Position numbers and translations under genes: made by a program
Notes under the pieces: generated by a model
What the model was told of the DNA's origin: nothing
Database searches by the model: none
Seen by the model: only the letters and a program-made list of their open reading frames with translations
Shown: piece by piece, positions 55,669 to 64,000 of the stretch
How positions within the stretch are numbered: position 1 is the first letter of the stretch
Layout of the letters: each line of letters opens with the position of its first letter
NCBI GenBank assembly: GCA_965209055.1
Contig: OZ242374.1
Span: 4,384,001 to 4,448,000 of the forward strand
Source of the DNA: Acidobacteriota bacterium
GTDB taxonomy: Bacteria > Acidobacteriota > UBA6911 > RPQK01 > JAJDTT01
Direction: 5' to 3'
DNA length: 64,000 nucleotides

Positions 55669-58600
55669 TCAGTGTCCGGAGGAGGGCGGAACCGAGGAAA
55701 GAAAGGTGCGGCCGTTGCCGAACAGCTCCTGGGCGACCACTCGGCCCGGGCTCGATTCCAGGACCACGAATCCGCCCAGGAGGCCCCGGGTCGGGGGAAC
55801 CAGGTTCTGGATCAGGTCGGAGAATCTGGCCTTGGGCTGCATGGCGATCCCGCCGGCCTCACCCTGCAGGACTCCCTGCGAGTCGTACACCTGGAGGCTC
55901 ACATCCGTGGCGACATCGCCCGGATTGAAGACCGCGATCCCGGTGAAGATCGGCGGCAACGTATCTCCGGTCCTGCGCTCGCCATTGGCCACCTGGCTGA
56001 AGACCGCCCGTCTCAGGGGTTCGGTCTGCAGTGTCAGGGCGGCCGCGTATTCCCCGCCGACGGGGTCTCCGAAAATGACGTCGCCGATCAATCCCGGATG
56101 TGTGCTGTCCACCGCTACGGAACCGACCAGGATCGATTGCGGCGGCGCCTCCAGGCCGAAGACCTCCGACGCGTTCCCCTGGAAGCTCTCCCGGGGTGCA
56201 AGTCGGAGCCGGTAGGGCCGGCCCAACTGCATCCCGTCCGATTGAAAAGCCACCAGCCGGACGTCCGTTTCCTCTTCCCCGGAGTTGATCAGCTTGATGC
56301 TGGTGAAGTACCCGCCGGCGTCTCCGGTCCCTTCCCCGCTCGCCAACTGGGCCGAGTAGAGACTTCGCGCCGTTCCGGTTTCGGTGGCGTTGAGCCCCAG
56401 GACCGTGTCCCCCAACTCGATCAATTCGAATCCCACCACCCCGGGACCTTGCGTGACCTCGACCCGGACGTGACCATGGGAGACGCCCCCCAGCGGGCCG
56501 AAGAGCTCCGTAATCGATCCTGCCAGCCGGCTCTGGCCGGCGAGATTGAAGATTTCCGGACCCGCCAGTGAAACTCCGTCCGATCCGAACAGGGTCAGGC
56601 GCACGGTGGACCGCTGATCTGCGGGATTCGCCAGGGCCAGCGTTGTCCGCGCCGCCTGATCGCTGTCTTCGGAAGGAAATGCGCCCGGACCTTCGAAGAT
56701 CCGGGTGAAATACAGCAGGCGCGAACCGGAGGAGAACGCCACCGCTCCATCCATCTTGGTGGATGGCCCCGTGAGGCCGTTGCCGTAGAGGAAGAAACCG
56801 GCCAACTCGGGCGTCGATGATCGTATCCGCATCCAGCCCTCGCGCCGGGCGCTCAATTGGGCCTCGAAAAACTCCCGGCCCAGTTGCGCCAACTGCTGAC
56901 CGGCCCCCACCCGGCGGACGCTGGGATTCAAGGGGAAGAGTGGATCACCCTGATCCGAAAACACCTCCACCGCCATGACGGCGTCGGTCCTGGAGTCGTT
57001 GGTGACGGCGAAACCGCTGAAATCGTTGGTGTCCCCCCGATAGAAGGGAAAGAGCAGTTCCCGGCCCGGAGCGGTGAAGAGGACCTGCCGGCCGGACAGA
57101 TCGAAGTCGTTCTGCGGGAAAACCTGGTACAGGCCCGAAGGCCCGAACTGGTAGGCCACCGGTTCCTCGCTGAAGTCGACAGATCGCGCGGCGGCGCGGG
57201 AACCGGGAGTGATGCCCACAATGGCCTGAATATCATCCGGGTCCGGGAGGACGTCCACCTGCCCGTAGTCCAGCAGGATGTCTCCGTTGGAAAACAGGGT
57301 CACCGAAAAATCGTTCTCGGGCCGTCTAACCCCCAGGGAGAACTCGGGAACCCCGTCCCAAATGAAGCTCAATGCCCCCTCTCCGAGCTCGGCCCGGATC
57401 TCACCGCCGGCCTCGGGGTCCAGATCGCTGAAGAAGAGGGCGATGCGGGGAGGACCGTCAAGGAAGCGCCTTTCGCTTCGGGGGACTCCGGGCTGCCCGT
57501 CGCCGATTCCGAACGTCAGGTTCCCATCGCTGTTGACCACCACCTCGGTGTAGGTGGTGCCATAGAACGGAAACGAGAATCCTTCCGGAAATTCGAAAAT
57601 CATCTCACCGTCGTCTTCGAGGAGCGAGAGTTGATTCACTTCTTCGTTGGTCTGCAGATCGATTCCGGAGACGACCTCACCCGCGGCGACCTCCACGACC
57701 ACCTTCTCCGCCGGATCATCCTCCGACGTCCCCGATTCGCCGGCGCCGTTGTAGAAATCCTTGGGGAATCCGGTGAAACGGACATCGTAAGGGCCCACCG
57801 AGCTGCCCTCGGTAAAACTGGGATCCAGGGGTTCGACGAAGACCACATAGGTCCCGGGCGGCAGGCCGGGCAACTGATAGGAGCCGTCATCGGTAACCAG
57901 GAAATCGGAGACCACCCCCACCTGCCCACCCTTGACTTCCGTCAGCTTGCCTGCCGCATCGAGTTCCACCGCCGCCGCCACCACGTTGGCGCCGAGAACG
58001 GGGGCTCCGGTCCGCCTCAGCACCCGTCCCCGGATGGTGCCGGTATTGGCAGCAAAAGACTCCTCCGGATACAGCCAGGAGATCCAGATCGCATCGTCCA
58101 GCAGCGGCTCGTTCGGTCCGAAGAACGATCCTATGGGGTACATCACCGGAACGAAGGCCACATCCCCGAGATCGTCGCTCTGGAACCATTCATAGCCCGC
58201 CTGGGTATGGTCCAATCCCAGGAGGTGGCCGATCTCGTGCATCGTTACACGGTAGAAATCGTCCGGCTGGGATGCCGGGTTTCTGCCGATTACGGTGTAC
58301 CCGAACTCGTACTCAAGGGCGTCTTCGTCGACAAATCGGATCGCGGCGAATCCCAGAATGTTCTCGCCGGCCCCCTCTCCGAAAACCAGGTTGCCGATCT
58401 CGCCGTCCTGGTCGAAGATGATGAGGTTCTCGGGGCGGCGGCTTCCCGCATATTCGGTGAAGTTGGAACCATCGACGTTCTCCTCCAGAAACCGGGGCTC
58501 GGGATTCCGGACCTGGAGCGTCGAGGTCTCCACGTCCTCCCACACCTGAAAAGCCTCGTGGACCCGCCTCCCCAGATGAGCCCATCGAGTTTCGGAGAAC

Positions 58601-58779
58601 TCCTGATCGATCAGGTACAGGACCGGCTTGCCGGCATTCCACTTGAGGACTCGTCCGCCCCGGAGAACGTCGCGGGGTCCGCCGGCGAAGAGGGATGATC
58701 CCAGCGCGAGGATCAGCCCCGTGACGAGGAAGGCGCCGGCACCCGGAGCCGGGCGCGGGCCGGGTTCGCGGGTCGTCAT
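55669..58779 (-). CDS. Large secreted metzincin (matrixin-like) metalloprotease with C-terminal beta-rich domains
   Basis: HEIGHLLGLDH, Met-turn VMYP; carboxypeptidase-regulatory-like GTIRGRV; nidogen-like FSFPFYG..VNSDG..F. Confidence 0.85.
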   Translation of the reverse strand: MTTREPGPRPAPGAGAFLVTGLILALGSSLFAGGPRDVLRGGRVLKWNAGKPVLYLIDQEFSETRWAHLGRRVHEAFQVWEDVETSTLQVRNPEPRFLEENVDGSNFTEYAGSRRPENLIIFDQDGEIGNLVFGEGAGENILGFAAIRFVDEDALEYEFGYTVIGRNPASQPDDFYRVTMHEIGHLLGLDHTQAGYEWFQSDDLGDVAFVPVMYPIGSFFGPNEPLLDDAIWISWLYPEESFAANTGTIRGRVLRRTGAPVLGANVVAAAVELDAAGKLTEVKGGQVGVVSDFLVTDDGSYQLPGLPPGTYVVFVEPLDPSFTEGSSVGPYDVRFTGFPKDFYNGAGESGTSEDDPAEKVVVEVAAGEVVSGIDLQTNEEVNQLSLLEDDGEMIFEFPEGFSFPFYGTTYTEVVVNSDGNLTFGIGDGQPGVPRSERRFLDGPPRIALFFSDLDPEAGGEIRAELGEGALSFIWDGVPEFSLGVRRPENDFSVTLFSNGDILLDYGQVDVLPDPDDIQAIVGITPGSRAAARSVDFSEEPVAYQFGPSGLYQVFPQNDFDLSGRQVLFTAPGRELLFPFYRGDTNDFSGFAVTNDSRTDAVMAVEVFSDQGDPLFPLNPSVRRVGAGQQLAQLGREFFEAQLSARREGWMRIRSSTPELAGFFLYGNGLTGPSTKMDGAVAFSSGSRLLYFTRIFEGPGAFPSEDSDQAARTTLALANPADQRSTVRLTLFGSDGVSLAGPEIFNLAGQSRLAGSITELFGPLGGVSHGHVRVEVTQGPGVVGFELIELGDTVLGLNATETGTARSLYSAQLASGEGTGDAGGYFTSIKLINSGEEETDVRLVAFQSDGMQLGRPYRLRLAPRESFQGNASEVFGLEAPPQSILVGSVAVDSTHPGLIGDVIFGDPVGGEYAAALTLQTEPLRRAVFSQVANGERRTGDTLPPIFTGIAVFNPGDVATDVSLQVYDSQGVLQGEAGGIAMQPKARFSDLIQNLVPPTRGLLGGFVVLESSPGRVVAQELFGNGRTFLSSVPPSSGH

Positions 58780-59468
58780 CTTGAGGTGGGCTCCAGCGCC
58801 ACCCAATAGCGATCGATTCTCCGAACCACCGACTCGAACCGATCCAGAGAGATCGGAGCTCCAGGCCGCAACGCCGCCTGTTCCCCGGCGCTGAGAGTCG
58901 AACCGCGAATCTGGCCGGAACTCGCCCGATGCAGGAGATTAGCGTTGCCCACCCGGTTCAATACGGCCTGTCCCCCGCGGCCGTCCTTGCCCACCCGGAA
59001 CATGCCCTGGGCCAGGCCCACGGGACTGGTGAGTCCCAATCGGCTGTCGGGATAGAGGAACAGGAGGATTTCCTGGCCGGAGGAGAACTCGGGCAGGCCG
59101 CGGATACCTCCGGCCGGGCCGCCGCTCAACTGCCGAAACCGGATGGACTCGTTGGCTTGGGCTCCCTTGATCCCCCGCAGGACCTCGAAGGTATAGGTCT
59201 TCATGGGAAGACCGGTGGACGGCTCCCGGCCCGGTTCCGCCTGAAGGCATCGTCCCCAGAAGATGCGGTCCGCGGCTCGGACCATTTCGAAGAGATTGAT
59301 GGGCTCCACGCTCGCGGCCCCGAGCCGCGAAAACCAAAGCAGGAGAATGGCGGCGATCCAACAGACCGAAAGAGCCAGCGATCGGACCCGCCTGGCGCGA
59401 ACCGACTCCGCAATCGGACCTGCCGCCACGATCTTGTCTCCGACTTCTCCGTTCCCTATGCTGGCCAT
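58776..59468 (-). CDS. Hypothetical exported protein (possible TIMP/NTR-like OB fold)
   Basis: Hydrophobic N-terminus; ADRIFWG, FEV...KG and G.P.F..G..ILLFL motifs; ATGA overlap with the protease. Confidence 0.65.
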   Translation of the reverse strand: MASIGNGEVGDKIVAAGPIAESVRARRVRSLALSVCWIAAILLLWFSRLGAASVEPINLFEMVRAADRIFWGRCLQAEPGREPSTGLPMKTYTFEVLRGIKGAQANESIRFRQLSGGPAGGIRGLPEFSSGQEILLFLYPDSRLGLTSPVGLAQGMFRVGKDGRGGQAVLNRVGNANLLHRASSGQIRGSTLSAGEQAALRPGAPISLDRFESVVRRIDRYWVALEPTSR

Positions 59469-59561
59469 GTCGCTTGTCCCGATTCCATATTGCTTCGGCT
59501 TTCCCAAAGCCCTGCACCTCTTCATACTGATGCATTCCGGGTAACGGAGTTTCAATCTCCC

Positions 59562-60818
59562 ATGACCGAATCCAGCCTTGAGGAGACGGCAGAGAAGATC
59601 TTCGGGTCCCAGGACCCGGCCGCAGTCGCCCATTGGGTCGATTACTGGAATCGGGGGCAGGAGCGGAATCTCGACCTGCTCCGCTCATTCGAGGAGGTGT
59701 TCCTTCTGGACCTGGGCAAACAGCGGGTCCTGGATGCCGGCTGCGGCGTCGGGAGCATGGGGGAAGTCCTCCGGGAGCGTTGCGGCCACTACGTCGGCGT
59801 GGACGTGAATCGTCACGTCCTCCGGTTTTCGACCCCCGCCGCCCGGAGGTCGTACGTTCAGGCCAGCGGCCTCGCGCTCCCTTTCGCGGAGCGGTCCTTC
59901 GATTGCATCTTCGCGTTCGACGTTCTGGAGCATCTGCCGGGGGGACTCCCGAACCAGATTCGTTTTCTGACGGAGCTGCGCCGGGTGCTCAAACCCATGG
60001 GCACGATTCTCTTCACGACTCCCAACTCCTGGTATCCCTACGACGCCCATTCCCGCAGCTACTTCGCGCACTATCTTCCGGTGCGGCTGGCCGACTGGAT
60101 TCATCGGCGCCGCCGTCCGTCGTTCCTGAAGGAGCACGGTTCGACCGCCAACATTCCCCTGCTCACCCCTCGCCGTCTCCGGGAGTGCATCGAGGACAGC
60201 GGCCTCGCTCTTCTGCACGAATTGCCCTGCTGCCTGGATCGAAGCCAAGTGTTTCGGCTGTCTCCGTTGAAATCCACCTTTGCCAATCTGGGGTTGGATT
60301 GGTATCCGCACGCCGAGTTCTGGGGAATTCTGTGCCGTCCCGTGTCCCGCTCCAGCCTCCGCTTGAAGCTCAGGACCCGCCTGGACAAGGTGGATGGGAA
60401 CTCATCGCAAGTTGTTTGGGAGGACTTCGCCTCCGGAATCGACTTTGAGCGGAAACCCTTTTCCCACCAACTGGACCGCGGGTGGTACGCCCGGGAGCAA
60501 GGGCCCCCGGCGTTCCGGTGGATCGCCCGGGAAGCCCTCTGCTACCTGCAGGTCAGGAGCCCCGTGTCGCGCCTGCGGATACGAGGTTTCAGCCTCCGGC
60601 AGAGTCGGCTTCAGATCTGGGTCAACGGAATTCGAGTCGGCGAACACCCGATGCCTCCAGTAATGGATTTCGATCTCGATTTTTTCCTGCCTTTTTCGCC
60701 ATCTGAGGACAGTATGGTAAAGGTTCTTCTCAAGTGCGAGCGGACCTATCGGGCGGAGCATCCGGACGACCGAAGAAACCTGGGAGCCGTGGTTCGGGCT
60801 CTGGAACTGCTGCCATGA
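59562..60818 (+). CDS. Class I SAM-dependent methyltransferase with a C-terminal beta domain
   Basis: VLDAGCGVG, LPF...SFD, DVLEHL, RVLKP and TTPN motifs. Confidence 0.85.
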   Translation: MTESSLEETAEKIFGSQDPAAVAHWVDYWNRGQERNLDLLRSFEEVFLLDLGKQRVLDAGCGVGSMGEVLRERCGHYVGVDVNRHVLRFSTPAARRSYVQASGLALPFAERSFDCIFAFDVLEHLPGGLPNQIRFLTELRRVLKPMGTILFTTPNSWYPYDAHSRSYFAHYLPVRLADWIHRRRRPSFLKEHGSTANIPLLTPRRLRECIEDSGLALLHELPCCLDRSQVFRLSPLKSTFANLGLDWYPHAEFWGILCRPVSRSSLRLKLRTRLDKVDGNSSQVVWEDFASGIDFERKPFSHQLDRGWYAREQGPPAFRWIAREALCYLQVRSPVSRLRIRGFSLRQSRLQIWVNGIRVGEHPMPPVMDFDLDFFLPFSPSEDSMVKVLLKCERTYRAEHPDDRRNLGAVVRALELLP

Positions 60819-63121
60819 TCGTCCGCTTCCTTCGGTGGCTCGTCCTGTTGCCCGCCCAGTTGGTTTTGGGCCTGCTTTTGGTCTTCACGGATCTGGCGCG
60901 CCTTCTGAGGTTGGGGACCACCAGGCATTCCGATCCGACGGACGCTCCCGCGAACTCCGCGCTTTGCTCCATCGTGGTGCTCAACCACGACGGAAGCGCG
61001 TTGTTGCAGGAGAGCCTTCCGGCCCTGCAACGGGCCGTGAGCTACACGGGACAACCCCACGAGGTCATCCTGGTGGACAACGGAAGCTCGGATGACAGTG
61101 TCTCCTGGGTCCGGAGTCGTCTGCCCGGAATCCGCATCCTGGAGTTGGACTCGAATCTGGGATTCGGCGAAGGCAACAATCGCGGAGTTGGACTGGCGCA
61201 GCACGGGATCGTGGTTCTCCTGAACAACGACATGATCGTCGGGGAGGATTTTCTGCCGCCCCTGCTGGAACCGTTCTCGGACGAGCAGGTCTTCGCCGTC
61301 TCCAGCCAGATCTGCTTTCCTCCGGAAAAGAGGCGGGAGGAAACGGGCAACACCCAGGCCCGGATGCGCCGAGGATTCCTCCACTTGGCCCACGAGCCGC
61401 TGAGGAAATCCCACGAAACCCGGAAAGCCCTACCGGTCTTTTGGGCAGGAGGCGGTTCTTCGGCTTTTCGTCGTTCTCGATTCCTTGAACTGGGGGGATT
61501 CTCCGGCATCTTCTCTCCCGCCTACCTGGAAGACACCGATCTGAGCTACCGGGCCTGGCGGCGGGGCTGGACCTCTCTCCTGGCTGCCGGGAGCCGTGTC
61601 CTCCATCGCCACCGGAGCACCAGCTCCCGGCTTTTCACGCCGGATTTCCTGAAGCGACTCGTGGGTGAGCGGAAACTGTGGTACCAGTGGAAGAACTTCC
61701 AACTCAGGACCCTCCTGCCTCACCTCCTGCTCTATCCCTGGCACCTGGGAAAGGAGCTGACGCCCGGAGAATATCTCCGGACCTTCAGTCGGCTTCCCGA
61801 GGTCCTGAAGCTTCGCTGGCGCGAACCGCGCCGGCGGCAATCGGACCGCGCTCTCATCGACCTTTGCCGCAGGCCGCTGACCTACGTGCATGGCAGGCCC
61901 GGGCGCGCCACGCCTTCCGAGACGTCCCCTGACCGGCTCAAGATACTCGTCGTCAGCGCCTATCTTCCCGTTCTGGGACGCCACGGTGGAGCCGGGCGCG
62001 TCTTCCAATTCCTCAGCCGCGCCTCACGGCGGCACCAGATTCATCTCCTGTCGTTTGTGGAGAGTGATGACGAGACCGAGAGTGTCCATCAGCTCCGCCG
62101 TCATTGCGCCAGCTTGGAGTTGGTCCCGCGGCGCGACTTCGAGTCCGTGTCTCTCTATCCTTACGAACCCTTCGAGGAGTTCAACTGCCCTGATTTCCGC
62201 CGGCGATTCGAAGCGATTCTGGAAGAGAGGGAGTTCGATCTGATTCACTACGAATGGCCCCAAATGGTCCAGTACGACGATCTGGTTCCGCTCTGGGTTC
62301 CCAGGCTCCTTACCGAGATGGAAGTCAACTATGCCGCCCACTACAGCCGTTACCGCCTGACTTCCAGTCCATTTTCCAGGATCAAGCTCCACTACGACAC
62401 GCTTCAGACGCTCTACCGGGAGGTCGAGATGTGCCGGCGCATGGATCGGGTCATCTGCGTTACTACCGTCGATCGGAGCTACCTGGAAGGATACCTGCCC
62501 CGGCCGAGACTGAGGGTGTTGCCGACGGGCGTCGACACCTCCTACTTCGTTCCCGGAAACGGCAAGGTCGAGGCCAACAGCATTCTCTACGTCGGCGCCT
62601 TTCGCCACGACCCGAACGTGGACGCCATGCAGTTTTTCGTAAACCAGGTTCTGCCGCTGCTGTTGGAGGAGCGCCGGGAGACGCACCTCTATATCGTGGG
62701 GTCATCACCAACGCCGGAGATCCGGGCCATGGACGATCACCCGGCCGTTACCGTCACCGGTTTCGTCCCGGACCTGAGGGAATACTATGCCCGTACCCAA
62801 GTCGTGGTGGTACCGGTTCGGACCGGCGTCGGGATTCGCGGCAAAGTATTGGAGGCATGGGCATGCGGCAAGGCAGTCGTGGGAACCTCCCTTGCCTTCC
62901 AGGGAATTGACGCCGTTCACGGACAGAACGCGCTGGTTGCCGAGACTCCCGAGGAATTCGCCATGTGGATCGCGGCCCTCATGAGGAACCCCGAGTTCAC
63001 GGCCCGGCTGGCGGAGTCAGGCCGCCGCACCGTGACGAAACACTACGATTGGGAAATATTGGCTGGAAATCTGGTGAATCTCTATGAGGAGACGGCGCGA
63101 TTCGACAAGAGTGTGAATTGA
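60815..63121 (+). CDS. Fused GT2-GT4 glycosyltransferase
   Basis: GT2: VDNGSSD, LLNND, YLEDTD. GT4: PTGVD, GIRGKVLEAWA.G, YDW. Confidence 0.9.
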   Translation: MIVRFLRWLVLLPAQLVLGLLLVFTDLARLLRLGTTRHSDPTDAPANSALCSIVVLNHDGSALLQESLPALQRAVSYTGQPHEVILVDNGSSDDSVSWVRSRLPGIRILELDSNLGFGEGNNRGVGLAQHGIVVLLNNDMIVGEDFLPPLLEPFSDEQVFAVSSQICFPPEKRREETGNTQARMRRGFLHLAHEPLRKSHETRKALPVFWAGGGSSAFRRSRFLELGGFSGIFSPAYLEDTDLSYRAWRRGWTSLLAAGSRVLHRHRSTSSRLFTPDFLKRLVGERKLWYQWKNFQLRTLLPHLLLYPWHLGKELTPGEYLRTFSRLPEVLKLRWREPRRRQSDRALIDLCRRPLTYVHGRPGRATPSETSPDRLKILVVSAYLPVLGRHGGAGRVFQFLSRASRRHQIHLLSFVESDDETESVHQLRRHCASLELVPRRDFESVSLYPYEPFEEFNCPDFRRRFEAILEEREFDLIHYEWPQMVQYDDLVPLWVPRLLTEMEVNYAAHYSRYRLTSSPFSRIKLHYDTLQTLYREVEMCRRMDRVICVTTVDRSYLEGYLPRPRLRVLPTGVDTSYFVPGNGKVEANSILYVGAFRHDPNVDAMQFFVNQVLPLLLEERRETHLYIVGSSPTPEIRAMDDHPAVTVTGFVPDLREYYARTQVVVVPVRTGVGIRGKVLEAWACGKAVVGTSLAFQGIDAVHGQNALVAETPEEFAMWIAALMRNPEFTARLAESGRRTVTKHYDWEILAGNLVNLYEETARFDKSVN

Positions 63122-63147
63122 GAGCGAAGAGTGGTCGCCGAAGCAGG

Positions 63148-63168
63148 CGGCGGCGATATTCGCCGCCG
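63148..63168. terminator. GC-rich hairpin between convergent genes
   Basis: CGGCGGCGA-TAT-TCGCCGCCG; no U-tract. Confidence 0.4.
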
Positions 63169-63172
63169 GCGG

Positions 63173-63565
63173 TCAATTGAAGGGGTCGGGGGAGGAATGG
63201 AAATGAGTGAGTTTCCATTCTCCGTTCTCGCGCTGATAGATCTCGGTCCAACGGCCCGTCTCCCGCTGGAGCCGTCCCTGGGCGTGATACGCCATCAGAT
63301 ACTGGGAAGTGATCCACCCGACGTCGCCGCTGAATTCGATCTGGATATTGTCGGTTAGCAACGTTATGTCGTGGACCTGACTGAAGTATTGATGAAGCGT
63401 GTTCTCAAATGTCTTGAAATCGGAGAAGCGGGGAGGCGGAACCTTCTCAAATACCACCGCCTGCTCGGCATAGACGCCTCTCAACGTCAACATGTCCTTC
63501 TGTTGCCAGCCGCTGACATGTTGCCGGTGCATATTCAACAGTAATTCTCTCGGATTATTGCGCAT
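63173..63565 (-). CDS. NTF2/SnoaL-like (DUF4440) protein
   Basis: GRWTEIY..ENGEWKLTHFHSS; upstream TGG-TATGAT. Confidence 0.8.
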   Translation of the reverse strand: MRNNPRELLLNMHRQHVSGWQQKDMLTLRGVYAEQAVVFEKVPPPRFSDFKTFENTLHQYFSQVHDITLLTDNIQIEFSGDVGWITSQYLMAYHAQGRLQRETGRWTEIYQRENGEWKLTHFHSSPDPFN

Positions 63566-63654
63566 AGACTAGCGGTAATCATACCATAAATGTCGATTTG
63601 TGCCTAGCGTGCCGCGGCCGGCGCGGCCACGGGTCCCAGGCCGATCTTGACTTC

Positions 63655-64000
63655 TCAGCCCATCGAGTCCGGGTCCGCCGCCAGTGCTTCCAGTACTTTT
63701 TCGGCCATGGCCCGGGTCCCGATGGACTCTTCTCCGGTTCGCGCCAGGTCGGCGGTCCGGTGTCCCTGGTGCAGGCACGTCTCCACCGCCGAATCGATCC
63801 GGCGGGCGATGTCATCCCGTCCCAGGGAATAACGGAACAGGAGCGCCGCACTGGAGATGGCGGCCAAGGGGTTCGCCCGGCCTCTTCCGGCAATGTCCGG
63901 CGCCGTGCCATGGACCGGCTCGTAAAGCCCCTTCCGGACCCCCTCCGCCGGAGCCCCCAGACTGGCGGAAGGCAGCAGGCCGATGGACCCGGCCAGCACC
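63655..64000 (-). CDS. leuB: 3-isopropylmalate dehydrogenase, C-terminal part (truncated by window edge)
   Basis: [31 protein letters not shown] and RTADL motifs. Confidence 0.93.
   Translation of the reverse strand, partial: VLAGSIGLLPSASLGAPAEGVRKGLYEPVHGTAPDIAGRGRANPLAAISSAALLFRYSLGRDDIARRIDSAVETCLHQGHRTADLARTGEESIGTRAMAEKVLEALAADPDSMG

Noticed and set aside
1-64000. CRISPR array, tRNA/rRNA genes, prophage
   Set aside because: No regularly spaced direct repeats, cloverleaf motifs or phage genes seen by eye; intergenic gaps are all under about 270 bp.

Overview
GC-rich (visually about 65%) bacterial chromosomal window, densely coding, with about 58 genes. Gene content (DUF1326 plus a small Cys protein beside a YagTSR-type molybdoenzyme, a CehA/McbA hydrolase, a large secreted matrixin) suggests Acidobacteriota; this is inference only. 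It runs from a 5'-truncated mutS to a 5'-truncated leuB. I saw no rRNA, tRNA or CRISPR array. Highlights: (1) a nine-gene cobalamin-dependent methyl-transfer cluster (6093-13658) with an MtaA/CmuA-type MT, an AcsE-type THF MT, a corrinoid protein, a RACo activator, MetV, MetF and three uncharacterised proteins, but no recognisable MttB/MtaB substrate enzyme; (2) an intact 2450-bp IS1595-family transporter IS (19285-21734; perfect 22-bp TIRs, 8-bp TSD AAAACCTT) carrying a translationally coupled DNA methyltransferase fused to an Mrr-like domain; (3) a Tat-exported xanthine-oxidase-family enzyme whose FAD subunit seems to lack most PaoB-type [4Fe-4S] ligands and is followed by a 5-Cys microprotein; (4) a porin, CuA cupredoxin and di-haem oxidoreductase operon under a triple-octamer operator; (5) a 160-bp MITE (50735-50894) inserted at a stop codon; (6) a 30-aa bS22/COX24-like microprotein. 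All family calls come from motif recognition by eye; no database search was run.
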